The notes under the pieces were generated by a model that saw nothing but the letters and a program-made list of their open reading frames with translations, had not been told where the DNA came from and searched no databases. Positions 9,238 to 17,751 of a stretch of 64,000 bases of DNA are shown here, in pieces. Position 1 is the first letter of the stretch, and each line of letters opens with the position of its first letter. Origin of the DNA: Desulfobulbaceae bacterium UBA5121 (GTDB taxonomy: Bacteria; Desulfobacterota; Desulfobulbia; Desulfobulbales; UBA5123); the NCBI GenBank assembly GCA_002414225.1, contig DHYV01000014.1, positions 68,750 to 132,749 of the forward strand, in the 5' to 3' direction. The position numbers and the translations under genes were made by a program.

Positions 9238-10233
9238 ATGTTGCGAGAGTTGAAGATGATGCGGGCGGCCGTGGCTTTGCTGGTGGCGTTGGCGGTCTTT
9301 GCCACTCCGGCGTGGTCCGCCACCAAGGAAGCCGCCAGTGACGTGGTGGTCACGGTCAATGGCACTGCCATCACCCGGCAGGATTTTGACCGCGAGATGA
9401 TGACCGCCCAGCAGTACTTTGCAGCCATGGGGCACGAGAATATCCAGGGCGACAAGCTGGAGCAGGTCAAGCGGGCGGTACTGAACAAGTTGATCAGCAG
9501 CACTCTTCTCCTGCAGGCGAGCAAGAAGGGGGGGATTAAGGTGGACCGGGCCAAGGTCGAAGCGGAAGCCAAGGGATTTCGGGGCCGTTTCTCCAGTGAC
9601 AAGGAGTATCAGGCCGCCATTTCCAAGCTCCACATCTCCGAGGCCGGTCTGCGGGAGAAAATCAGCGAGGGGATGGCCATCCAGGCGTTCATTCAGCGCG
9701 ATTTCACCGACAAGGCCAAGGTGACCGAGAAGGAGATCAAGGAGTACTACGACAACAACTCCGCCGCCTTTCATAAGCCGGAGCAAGTGAAGGCGAGCCA
9801 CATCCTTATTTCCGTCAAGCCCGATGCCGACGCGGCGACCAAGAAGGCGGCCCGCGAAAAGCTTGAGCGGATCCGCAAGCAGATCCTTGCTGGGGGCGAT
9901 TTCGCCGCCTTTGCCAAAAATAACTCCGACTGCCCCAGCAAGACCCAGGGGGGCGATCTGGGTTATTTCAGCCGCGGCCAGATGGTGAAGCCCTTCGAGC
10001 AGGCCGCCTTCTCGATGATGCCCGGCGATATCAGCGATATCGTCGAAACCCAGTTCGGCTACCATATCATCAAGGTCGTCGACAAGAAACCGGCTACCAC
10101 CATAAGCTTTGCCGACGCCCATGACCGGATTGCCGAGCACCTGAAGCAGGTCAAGGCGCAGGAAGATGTTTCCGCCTATCTCAAAAAGCTGCGTAAGGAA
10201 GCGAAGATAGTGCCGGATACGCCGGCAGAGTGA
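9238..10233 (+). CDS. Exported parvulin-type peptidyl-prolyl isomerase (SurA-N plus PpiC rotamase, PrsA-like)
   Basis: Signal peptide; VKASHILI, SDCPSKTQGGDLGYFSRGQMVKPFEQAAF, ETQFGYHIIKV; start at the SD-preceded ATG 9238. Confidence 0.9.
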   Translation: MLRELKMMRAAVALLVALAVFATPAWSATKEAASDVVVTVNGTAITRQDFDREMMTAQQYFAAMGHENIQGDKLEQVKRAVLNKLISSTLLLQASKKGGIKVDRAKVEAEAKGFRGRFSSDKEYQAAISKLHISEAGLREKISEGMAIQAFIQRDFTDKAKVTEKEIKEYYDNNSAAFHKPEQVKASHILISVKPDADAATKKAAREKLERIRKQILAGGDFAAFAKNNSDCPSKTQGGDLGYFSRGQMVKPFEQAAFSMMPGDISDIVETQFGYHIIKVVDKKPATTISFADAHDRIAEHLKQVKAQEDVSAYLKKLRKEAKIVPDTPAE

Positions 10234-10532
10234 GAATTTCCGGCACCGGCGGGGGGGACTGCCCCCCCCCTGTGGCGGCCAGGCTTGCAATACGGCTCGC
10301 GCTCCCTTTTTCGGGGACGCGAGCCGTTTGTTTTTGGTGGCGAAGGGATTGAGGTCGGACTTGCCTGGGAGACAAAAATAGCCGATACTCTCTTTGGGAT
10401 CGGCCCGGGGGGTGAGGGGCAGGGCCGATCCCGGCCGGCCACAGTCGGTGCCTCATCGCAGCTGGGGGCGTTGGGGCGGGGTGCCGTCTGGATCGGCGGC
10501 GGGCCAAGGAGAAGGGGGAGGAGCGTGCGGCG

Positions 10533-11048
10533 ATGATGGAGTTCCGGAAAGTGGTCGTCCGGCTGGCGGGGCGGTTGGTGGTCGCTGCCGTGGCGGTGGG
10601 GGTTGGGCGTCACCTCATTGTCACCGCCGAGGTGGGGGTGGCCGGGCTTGCCCGGTTGCTGTCGGCCATGCTCTGTTTTGTCGCCGCTGGGATGATCTTT
10701 GCCCCGGCGCTGATCCGCCTTCTTGCCGAGCTGACCGGGGATGTCTGCTTCAGCGGCGGGTTCGGCGCCCCTGCCCGGCCCCAGTACCTGATCGCCGCCG
10801 ATCGGCGGGCGCGGGGGCAGTATGCCGAGGCGCTGGCCGAGCTTGACAAGATCGTCACCGAGAATCCCCAAGAGGTGCGCGCCTACCTGGAAATGCTCGA
10901 CATCGCTCTGGCCGAAATGGGCGATCAGCAACAGGCCAGGGTCATTTATCGGCGGGGCAAGAAGGCTCTTGCCAAGGCCCAGGATCGGGAGGCCCTGGTC
11001 TTTGCCTACCAGAAGGGATGCGCGACCCTGGTCGGCGAGGCGGAATAA
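10533..11048 (+). CDS. Hypothetical membrane protein with TPR-like helices
   Basis: Two hydrophobic segments, then GQYAEALAELDKIVTENPQEVRAYLEML resembling a TPR; GGAG upstream. Confidence 0.6.
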   Translation: MMEFRKVVVRLAGRLVVAAVAVGVGRHLIVTAEVGVAGLARLLSAMLCFVAAGMIFAPALIRLLAELTGDVCFSGGFGAPARPQYLIAADRRARGQYAEALAELDKIVTENPQEVRAYLEMLDIALAEMGDQQQARVIYRRGKKALAKAQDREALVFAYQKGCATLVGEAE

Positions 11049-11081
11049 ATCGCGGCCGGCGGTTCGGGGCGTGGGCGGAAA

Positions 11082-11966
11082 TTATTTTTTGGCGCCGTAT
11101 TTGGTGCGGTACTTGGCCTGCAGGGCGAGGAGGGTGCCCAGGTATGCCTCCCGGCCGGAGAGATTTTCTGAAACCTGCATCTCCTCGATGGTGGAACGCA
11201 GCGGGTCGCGAATGTCGATGCCGTAGCGGTTGAGCCCCTGATCGTTGGCTCGGTCGATGATCAACACCGCGTAGTATTTGACCAGCATCCGGACCCGCGA
11301 GTCGCGGCGGAACAGGTAGGACTGGCCTCCCAGGGTGTTCAAGAAGAAGCCTGCGTAATCGTAAAGGCCGGCAAGCGGCAGGCGCAGGGTTACGACCTGA
11401 TCCTGGCACTGGGGATCCAGCTCCGACCAGTGGTAGAAGTCGGCCATGGCCGTTTCGATGTCGCCCGCCTCGTGGTTCAGGATGTCCTTGATCAAGGAAA
11501 GGTCGTCCTTGCCGAGCACCCGATAGAAGTGGGCCGAGTTGGTCAGAATGGTGAACAGATCGTCGTTCTCACGGACCACCACCGGCGGGTGGGCGAAGAG
11601 TTTTTTCGCCACCTTGGCGAAATGGGCACCACTCTTTTCCTTGATCCCGTATGTGGCGAGGTACCCCCGCTGGTCGAGGCGACCGAAGAATGCTTCAAGC
11701 TTGGCCGCTGCCGCTTGGCAGGGGGTCTTGGCCTCTGGTGCGGGGGGCGGGGTGGCCGCCTCGGCTGGCATCGGTGGTTCTGTCTGCGAAGCGGCAACCG
11801 TTGGCGGTTGCGGGGCCGGCGCGGTTTCTTGAACCAGGGCCGGGGCGGCTGGCCGGTGGATTTTCTGCCAGGCGAAATAGCCGAGTCCGGCAAGGCCAAT
11901 GGCAACCAGAACGGCCACCAGGGCGGTGGTATTCTTATCGGGGCCGGTGGATTTCATCTTGGGCAT
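11082..11966 (-). CDS. Hypothetical membrane-anchored protein
   Basis: N-terminal TM, Pro/Ala-rich linker, globular helical domain; GAGGA SD and its own promoter upstream. Confidence 0.75.
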   Translation of the reverse strand: MPKMKSTGPDKNTTALVAVLVAIGLAGLGYFAWQKIHRPAAPALVQETAPAPQPPTVAASQTEPPMPAEAATPPPAPEAKTPCQAAAAKLEAFFGRLDQRGYLATYGIKEKSGAHFAKVAKKLFAHPPVVVRENDDLFTILTNSAHFYRVLGKDDLSLIKDILNHEAGDIETAMADFYHWSELDPQCQDQVVTLRLPLAGLYDYAGFFLNTLGGQSYLFRRDSRVRMLVKYYAVLIIDRANDQGLNRYGIDIRDPLRSTIEEMQVSENLSGREAYLGTLLALQAKYRTKYGAKK

Positions 11967-12019
11967 GGCGAATAGTCCTCAATGAGAAGGTTTGAGGAGG
12001 GAGACCCGTAAATTACCGT

Positions 12020-12048
12020 ACTTTATCCCGGCTTACCGGTGAGGTCAA
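12020..12048 (-). promoter_or_regulatory. Sigma70-type promoter for the 11082..11966 gene
   Basis: Minus strand TTGACC, 17 bp, TAAAGT. Confidence 0.55.
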
Positions 12049-12210
12049 ACGAAATATCGGTTGCGGTCGGCCCCGTCCAGCGCCGTGGCAGAGGGGAATG
12101 AAATCTGGACGCTGGTAGCCGGTGAAACGGTGGCGGATGACCGTCGACGGATCAGCGGCGCGGTGCTTTTGCCGCGGGAAGTCAGGCAAGGTGGGGTGTC
12201 GGCAAGGGAA

Positions 12211-12242
12211 GGGCCGTAAATCGCGGCGGCGGTTTACGGCCC
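12211..12242 (-). terminator. Probable intrinsic terminator after the CBM48 gene
   Basis: gggccgtaaatcgc/gcggtttacggccc inverted repeat; only a weak U-tract. Confidence 0.5.
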
Positions 12243-12281
12243 GGCAGTGTCAATACCCGGAGCAGGTGGCCCGACAGGGAG

Positions 12282-12617
12282 TCAGGCGGCCACGGTGATG
12301 ACCGAATTTTCGGAACCGAAGGCGTTTGCCTGGCGGTTGGGGTTGGCCGGATCGGTCCACCAGTCACCGTCCACCACGAACCGGTACTCGTATTGGCCCG
12401 CCTTGAGATTGACCTTCTTTTTGAAGACCCCCCCCTTGAAACGGCGCATCTTGTAGCCTTCGCCGTTCCAGTCGTTGAAATCCCCCACCAGGAACACCTC
12501 CTGGGCATCCGGGGCGGTGAGGACGAATTCCGTCGAGGCCGGGGCCGCCGATTTTTTCTTGGCAGTCGTTGTCGTTTTCTTGGCCGCTGACTTGCAGCCC
12601 TTCATTCCACAGGTCAT
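12282..12617 (-). CDS. Stand-alone glycogen-binding domain protein (AMPK1_CBM/CBM48, isoamylase early-set)
   Basis: APDAQEVFLVGDFNDW, GQYEYRFVVDGDWWTDPANP, NAFGSENSVITV. Confidence 0.88.
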   Translation of the reverse strand: MTCGMKGCKSAAKKTTTTAKKKSAAPASTEFVLTAPDAQEVFLVGDFNDWNGEGYKMRRFKGGVFKKKVNLKAGQYEYRFVVDGDWWTDPANPNRQANAFGSENSVITVAA

Positions 12618-12783
12618 TATCTTTCCCCCTCAATGCCGATTTGGTTATGGTCGCTGATGTGGACTCTGCGAGGATTTCCAACGATATAAACCATACTGGG
12701 GTATCGGCGGCGTTGCTGTCAAATGAAAACTTTCCCCAGGCGGGCCGGGGAAGAACGGCCGCAGGCCCTGCAGCACGCCGGAT

Positions 12784-13221
12784 TCAGCCAAAGGTGAGGC
12801 GGTTGAAGCCGCCTCTTTCGAACCATGGGCGGGTGGCATCGATCCCTTGGGTTTCGATGATGAAGACTTCCAGCACCAGATAGACGCGGGTGCCCCGGCG
12901 GACGCAACCGGTGAGGGTGTCGCCGTGGTGGCCGAGGGCGGCATGCAGGTGGAGCCTGGGTTGGTCGCCCTCCCAGAAGATGGTGCCGGTGCCCAGTACC
13001 TCGCGCACCGAGTCGAGTTTGGTCCATACCGGCTTGGGCGGCATCACCGGCTCCTCGGGACCGGTGACAACCTCGGCCTCCCGCAGGCCGCCGATGACGT
13101 GGAACCAGCCGTTGCGGATCTCTTCCTTGCGGATCAGTTCGGTGAGTTCACCGAGAAAATCGTCGCCGTCGTCAAAGCGGACCGCGAAAATCCGGCCCAT
13201 TGTACCATTTCTGTATTCCAT
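12784..13221 (-). CDS. PPC domain (DUF296) putative DNA-binding protein
   Basis: RIFAVRFDDGDD, LHLHAALG, GCVRRG...LVLEVFI; start at ATG 13221. Confidence 0.85.
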   Translation of the reverse strand: MEYRNGTMGRIFAVRFDDGDDFLGELTELIRKEEIRNGWFHVIGGLREAEVVTGPEEPVMPPKPVWTKLDSVREVLGTGTIFWEGDQPRLHLHAALGHHGDTLTGCVRRGTRVYLVLEVFIIETQGIDATRPWFERGGFNRLTFG

Positions 13222-13341
13222 GGGGCGCTTGTCCCGTGTGGTACTCATCGGGCACCGGCTCTGTGCGGCAGCGTCGGTGCCCGGTGAGGGGTTGTCGATG
13301 GTGGTGGAGCCGGAGTGCGACCGGTCCGGATCCGCCGGTGA

Positions 13342-13878
13342 TCAGCCGTAGCGGGTCTGTTCCCTGGCGGCGCGCAGCAACCGGAAGACCTCGCGGCCGT
13401 ATGTCGGTTTGCGGCTGCGGGCGTAACGTCGCGCCGCCTGGTTGACGGCGGTGAGATCCAGGGCCGGCAGTTCGGTTGCCGCGGTGGCGGCGAGTTCGCT
13501 CCGCCATTCCTCGCCCAGGGTTTCGCCCTCGGCCTGGGCTTCCTGGAAGGCGGCGATGGCCTCGCTCAAGATATCCTGGCGTAATCGCTCCAGTTCGTGG
13601 AGGGCCTGGTCCTGCTTGAGCTTGGAGCCCTTGCGTTCTTCGAGAAAGGAGAGAAACGGTTCCGGATCCAGGTCGCGCAGCTCCTTTGCGATGTACTTGA
13701 CCTGACGTTTGCGGGCGCTGCCCTTGAGGGGCTTGGCGCTCTTGATCTCCTGGCGCAGGAAATCGTCGGCCGGCAGTTTGGCGATATCGTTGCCCGACAG
13801 CTCGACCAGTTCGTGGGCCAGTTGTTCGATGGCCTTGGCGCGGCGTTTCTGTTCGGAGCGGCTGAGGGTGGTATCCAT
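13342..13878 (-). CDS. darP: Ribosome biogenesis factor YjgA/DarP (DUF615)
   Basis: SRSEQKRRAKAIEQLAHELVELS, ARKRQVKYIAKELR, HELERLRQDIL, REVFRLLR. Confidence 0.8.
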   Translation of the reverse strand: MDTTLSRSEQKRRAKAIEQLAHELVELSGNDIAKLPADDFLRQEIKSAKPLKGSARKRQVKYIAKELRDLDPEPFLSFLEERKGSKLKQDQALHELERLRQDILSEAIAAFQEAQAEGETLGEEWRSELAATAATELPALDLTAVNQAARRYARSRKPTYGREVFRLLRAAREQTRYG

Positions 13879-13968
13879 AGCCTTTTGTCGTTTGGTGAGA
13901 GGGGAGTTGCGGCTGGCCTAACCGGCAAGCGGGCCGGCGCGGCCCCTGTTTTGGCCGTTCTTTTTCGG

Positions 13969-13997
13969 TTGCCAGCCGTCAGGCTGCTCGGTAAAAT
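13969..13997 (+). promoter_or_regulatory. Sigma70-type promoter of the Fe-ADH/kdnA pair
   Basis: TTGCCA, 17 bp, TAAAAT. Confidence 0.6.
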
Positions 13998-14064
13998 CAA
14001 TGACTTCCCGGCACGGCTTTTGGCAATTCCGTCAGATTTTCAATATTACTAAGGAAACGATCCC

Positions 14065-15249
14065 ATGGCGACACAAACTTTCACCGTCACCCAGCCCACC
14101 CGCATCCGTTTCGGCATCGGCGTCATCGCCGACCTGGCCTCCATGGTCAAGGATCTGGCCGGCAACAAGGTCTTCCTGGTCGTGGACCCGGGGCTTGTCA
14201 AGGCCGGCCTCGTCGATCGGATCACCGCGTCGCTCACCACGGCCGGCGTGCCCTTTGTCGTCTACGATCAGATTGATCCCGAGCCGGGGTTGAAGCTCGC
14301 CGACAACGGCGCCAAGCTCGCCAAGAAGGAGAAATGCGACTGCGTGGTCGGCGTGGGCGGCGGCTCGGCCATGGATGTAGCCAAGGCGGTGAGCATTCTG
14401 CTCACCAACGGCGGCAAGGCCGAAGACTACCTCGGGCTCGGCAAGATCAAAAAGCCCGGGGTGCCCAAGATCATGGTGCCCACCTCGGCCGGAACCGGCG
14501 CCGAGGTGACCTTCACCGCCGTCTTCATCAACGAGAAGACCAAGTCCAAGGGGGGCATGAACGGTGACCCCCTTTATCCCGACGCCGCACTCCTCGATCC
14601 GTCCCTGACCGTTTCGCTCCCCCCCCATGTCACCGCCGCCACCGGCATCGACGCCCTGACCCACGCGCTTGAGGCCTTTGTTTCCACCCAGGCCCATTCG
14701 ATTTCCGACATGTACGCGCTTGAGGCCATCGGGCTGATCAGCGCCAATCTGCCCATGGCTTATGCCCACGGCGGCAACCTGGAGGCGCGTTCGGCCATGC
14801 TGCTGGGGAGCCTCCTTGCCGGCAAGGCGCTCGCCACCGCCGGCGTCGGCCTGGTCCACGCCATGGCCTATCCCCTGGGCGGCATGTTCGGCATCCCTCA
14901 CGGGTTGGCCAATGCGGTGCTGCTCCCCTATGTCACCGCCTACAACCTGATCGGCAATCCGGAGAAGTTCGCCACCATCGCCGAGGTGATGGGGATGAGC
15001 GTCGACAAGCTTTCGCTGCGCGAGGCGTCCGAGGCGGCGGTGGAGGCGGTTTACAACCTCAACCAGGACGTGGGCATTCCGTCCACCCTGGCCGAACTTA
15101 AGATCCCGGCCAAGAAAATCCCCGAAATGGCCAAGATCGCCCTTACGGTCACCCGGCCGGTGGAGAACAATCCCCGCAAGCCTACCATGGAGGAGGTCAT
15201 CGCCGTCTACGAACAGGCATTTGCCGGCTGGGAACACCATCACCATTAA
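14065..15249 (+). CDS. Iron-containing alcohol dehydrogenase family protein (candidate Kdo 8-oxidase, KdnB-like role)
   Basis: GGGSAMDVAK, PTSAGTGAEVT, DALTHALE, VHAMAY and HGLAN metal ligands; KdnB role is inference from the neighbour. Confidence 0.9.
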   Translation: MATQTFTVTQPTRIRFGIGVIADLASMVKDLAGNKVFLVVDPGLVKAGLVDRITASLTTAGVPFVVYDQIDPEPGLKLADNGAKLAKKEKCDCVVGVGGGSAMDVAKAVSILLTNGGKAEDYLGLGKIKKPGVPKIMVPTSAGTGAEVTFTAVFINEKTKSKGGMNGDPLYPDAALLDPSLTVSLPPHVTAATGIDALTHALEAFVSTQAHSISDMYALEAIGLISANLPMAYAHGGNLEARSAMLLGSLLAGKALATAGVGLVHAMAYPLGGMFGIPHGLANAVLLPYVTAYNLIGNPEKFATIAEVMGMSVDKLSLREASEAAVEAVYNLNQDVGIPSTLAELKIPAKKIPEMAKIALTVTRPVENNPRKPTMEEVIAVYEQAFAGWEHHHH

Positions 15250-15254
15250 GGAGT

Positions 15255-15313
15255 TGTCGTCCGGAAAACCTCTTCTCCGGATGGCGCCGTTAGCTTGTCA
15301 GCCATTGGCTGTT
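15255..15313 (+). repeat. REP-like intergenic repeat, copy A (with a partial inverted copy at about 15350-15389)
   Basis: Reverse complement aacagccaatggc...gcgccatccggagaag...ttccgga matches 55725-55782; contains a 10-bp hairpin. Confidence 0.7.
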
Positions 15314-15467
15314 GGCAGAGTCTGCTGGTTTCGGTATGGTTTTGCTGATGGCCAAACGCCAATGGCAACGGCTTTCCGGTCGAGACGACAGATTCCGGTC
15401 CGACACGTAGTGAACAACAACAAACGCCGGTTCACGGCGTTTCCCGAGAGAAGAGAGGACGCACGAT

Positions 15468-16673
15468 ATGCCAGGATTCGAGGTTTTTGGCGAGGAAGAG
15501 AAAAAAGAGATCATGGAGGTGCTGGACACCGGCGTGCTGTTCCGTTACGAATTCGGCGAGCAGCGGCGTGGGGTTTACAAGGTCCGCACCTTTGAGGAGA
15601 AGTTTGCCGCTTACTGCGGAGTGAAGTACGGCCAGGCGGTGACTTCGGGGACCGCCGCCCTCAAGGTGGCCCTGGCCGCCCTGGGGGTCGGAGTGGGTGA
15701 TGAGGTGATCACGCAAGGGTTCACCTTTGTCGCCACCTGGGAGGCGATTCTCGACGTGGGCGCCATTCCGGTTTTCGCCGAGATCGACGAAACCCTCAAC
15801 ATGGATCCGGCTGATCTTGAAAAGAAGATCACCGACCGTACCCGGGCCATCATCCCGGTGCACATGATGGGGGCGCCGGCCCGCATCGAGGAGATCGTCG
15901 CCATTGCCGACCGGCACAACATCCCGGTGATCGAGGACACCGCCCAGGCCGCCGGTGCCGTTCTCAACGGCCGCCGGCTGGGCAGCTTCGGTGCCTGCGG
16001 CACCTTCTCCTTCGACGCGGTGAAGACCATGACCACCGGCGAGGGCGGCATGGTGGTCACCAACGACCAGACCCTGTGGCGCAACATGAGCGAGTACCAT
16101 GACCACGGCCACGACCATGCCGTGAACCCCGGCGGCCGGGGCGGCGAGGGCCGGAGTTTCGTCGGCTTCAACTTCCGGATGATGGAACTCCAGGGCGCCA
16201 TGGGGCTCGCCCAGCTCGCCAAGCTGGACGGCATGATCGCCTCCCAGCGCAAGAACAAGGCGGCCATGAAGGAGGCGGTCAACCAGCTGCCCGGGGTCAC
16301 CTTCCGCACCATTCTCGATGAGGCCGGCGACTCGGCCACCTTCCTCGCCTTCCTGCTCCCCGATGCGGCGAAGACCCGCAAGGTCAACGAGGTGCTGGCC
16401 GCCAACGGAGCCGGCGCCGTTTACTTCGCGGTCAACACCTGGCACTACTACCCCAAGTGGGAGCATCTGCTCGGCGGCAAGACCTTGGCCCACAACGGCT
16501 GGCCCTTCGCCGACCCGGGTTCCAAGCGCAAGGTGGTCTACGATCCCCAGGCGCTGCCCAAGTCGGCGGCGATCATGGATCGGACCCTGGTCTATCAGGT
16601 GCCGGTGAAGTTGAGCGCTGAGCGGCTCGCCCAGATCCGCGACGCCCTTGCCAAGGCTGCCGCCGCCATCTGA
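15468..16673 (+). CDS. kdnA: DegT/DnrJ/EryC1/StrS PLP aminotransferase, KdnA-like (8-amino-3,8-dideoxy-manno-octulosonate transaminase)
   Basis: Family motifs SGTAAL, SFDAVKTMTTGEGG, GFNFRM; also MPGFE.FG.EEK, DHGHDH, GDSA.FL and N.WHY..W.H, which I recall from Shewanella KdnA. Confidence 0.8.
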   Translation: MPGFEVFGEEEKKEIMEVLDTGVLFRYEFGEQRRGVYKVRTFEEKFAAYCGVKYGQAVTSGTAALKVALAALGVGVGDEVITQGFTFVATWEAILDVGAIPVFAEIDETLNMDPADLEKKITDRTRAIIPVHMMGAPARIEEIVAIADRHNIPVIEDTAQAAGAVLNGRRLGSFGACGTFSFDAVKTMTTGEGGMVVTNDQTLWRNMSEYHDHGHDHAVNPGGRGGEGRSFVGFNFRMMELQGAMGLAQLAKLDGMIASQRKNKAAMKEAVNQLPGVTFRTILDEAGDSATFLAFLLPDAAKTRKVNEVLAANGAGAVYFAVNTWHYYPKWEHLLGGKTLAHNGWPFADPGSKRKVVYDPQALPKSAAIMDRTLVYQVPVKLSAERLAQIRDALAKAAAAI

Positions 16674-16698
16674 CCTGACGCTTCTCCCGTTACCTCAA

Positions 16699-16740
16699 CA
16701 CAAAAAACGCCTCTCCCCACCGGGAGGGGCGTTTTTTGTG
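16699..16740 (+). terminator. Intrinsic (probably bidirectional) terminator
   Basis: cacaaaaaacgcctctccc-cacc-gggaggggcgttttttgtg; A-tract before and T-tract after the stem. Confidence 0.88.
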
Positions 16741-16801
16741 GCGCGTTCGGCGGAGTTCTCGCCCGGAAGTTGCCGGATTTGCCTTCCCTGCCAGTGGAAC
16801 G

Positions 16802-16831
16802 TTGCTTTGTGGTCGTTGAGTTTGTTATGAT
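16802..16831 (+). promoter_or_regulatory. Sigma70 / extended -10 promoter upstream of the PilZ gene
   Basis: TTGCTT, 18 bp, TATGAT preceded by TGT. Confidence 0.5.
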
Positions 16832-17035
16832 TTGGTGACCTGCGGCGCGGTGCCGGGCGTGGCCGCCACTTTCCGGAGCCCGAGGCCGCCGGCGGGCCAT
16901 GGGCTCCGGCATTGGAAGGTGGTGCGTTTCGGGCCGCTTCTCGCCAATTCACCTTTGGCGGAGCTTTTTTCCCCACCGTACTCCAGGAGAGGCCGACTGG
17001 CGCCAAACCGGCGACCAGGCCCAATATCTTTCGCG

Positions 17036-17731
17036 ATGGCAGACACCGCCCAGGCCAAAGGCCCTGACAACTCCCGTGTGCAACGGCTCTGCTATACGGA
17101 TTTCGAGATTCCGGTCGGCGCCGAGGTCTTCATGCAAGGTGATGACCGGGCCGACCGTTTCCAGACCAGCTTTGTGGGCATGGAGAGAAAGAACTTCCTT
17201 CTCTTCAGGCAGCCGCGCCGCCAGGCCGGCCAGACGCTGCAACCCCAGGCATCCCTGACGGTTCGTTTCCTGGTCGAGAATCTGGTTCTTGGCTTCAAGG
17301 CCACGGTGCTGGCGGTGATCGACAAACCTTTTCCGCTCCTGTTCATCAGCTACCCGGACTGCATCGAAGCCCTTGATCTGCGGCAGGACGACCGGGTTCG
17401 GTGTTTCCTGCCGGCGACCCTTTATCGCGACGGCCAGGAGGCGCAGGGCAGGATCGTCGATCTGAGCAGGAGTGGCTGCCAGGTGGTGCTCGACCTGGCG
17501 GCCACTCCCGTTACGCTGCTGACCGAGCCGATCCCCGGCGCGGAAGTCTTTTGCCAGTTTCGCCTGCCGGAAAGCGACGAAGATCTCTACTCCAAGGGCG
17601 AAATCCGCTTCGTGGAGGAGAAAAACGGCAAAGCGCGGCTCGGTATCCGTTTTGTTGACCCCGAAGAGCCGGTCGCCAACGGCGTCCAGCAGTTCGTCGC
17701 CGCAACCATGGACTACCTGGAGGGCGCGTAG
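17036..17731 (+). CDS. Flagellar-brake-like PilZN-PilZ c-di-GMP receptor
   Basis: RQDDR (RxxxR) and DLSRSG (DxSxxG) PilZ motifs; N-terminal YcgR-like domain; start ATG 17036. Confidence 0.85.
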   Translation: MADTAQAKGPDNSRVQRLCYTDFEIPVGAEVFMQGDDRADRFQTSFVGMERKNFLLFRQPRRQAGQTLQPQASLTVRFLVENLVLGFKATVLAVIDKPFPLLFISYPDCIEALDLRQDDRVRCFLPATLYRDGQEAQGRIVDLSRSGCQVVLDLAATPVTLLTEPIPGAEVFCQFRLPESDEDLYSKGEIRFVEEKNGKARLGIRFVDPEEPVANGVQQFVAATMDYLEGA

Positions 17732-17751
17732 CAGCAGCTACCGTGTCGACC

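Noticed and set aside
10251-10270. G7-ACTG-C9 hairpin after the PPIase gene
   Set aside because: Low complexity with no U-tract; cannot be called a terminator
13298-13330. tggtggagcc resembling the reverse complement of a tRNA/tmRNA 3' end (possible att site)
   Set aside because: No TpsiC arm (GGTTCGA) or cloverleaf, and no integrase nearby
14010-14030. cggcacggcttttggc as a sigma54 promoter
   Set aside because: GG-to-GC spacing is 11 rather than the required 10; a good sigma70 promoter lies upstream
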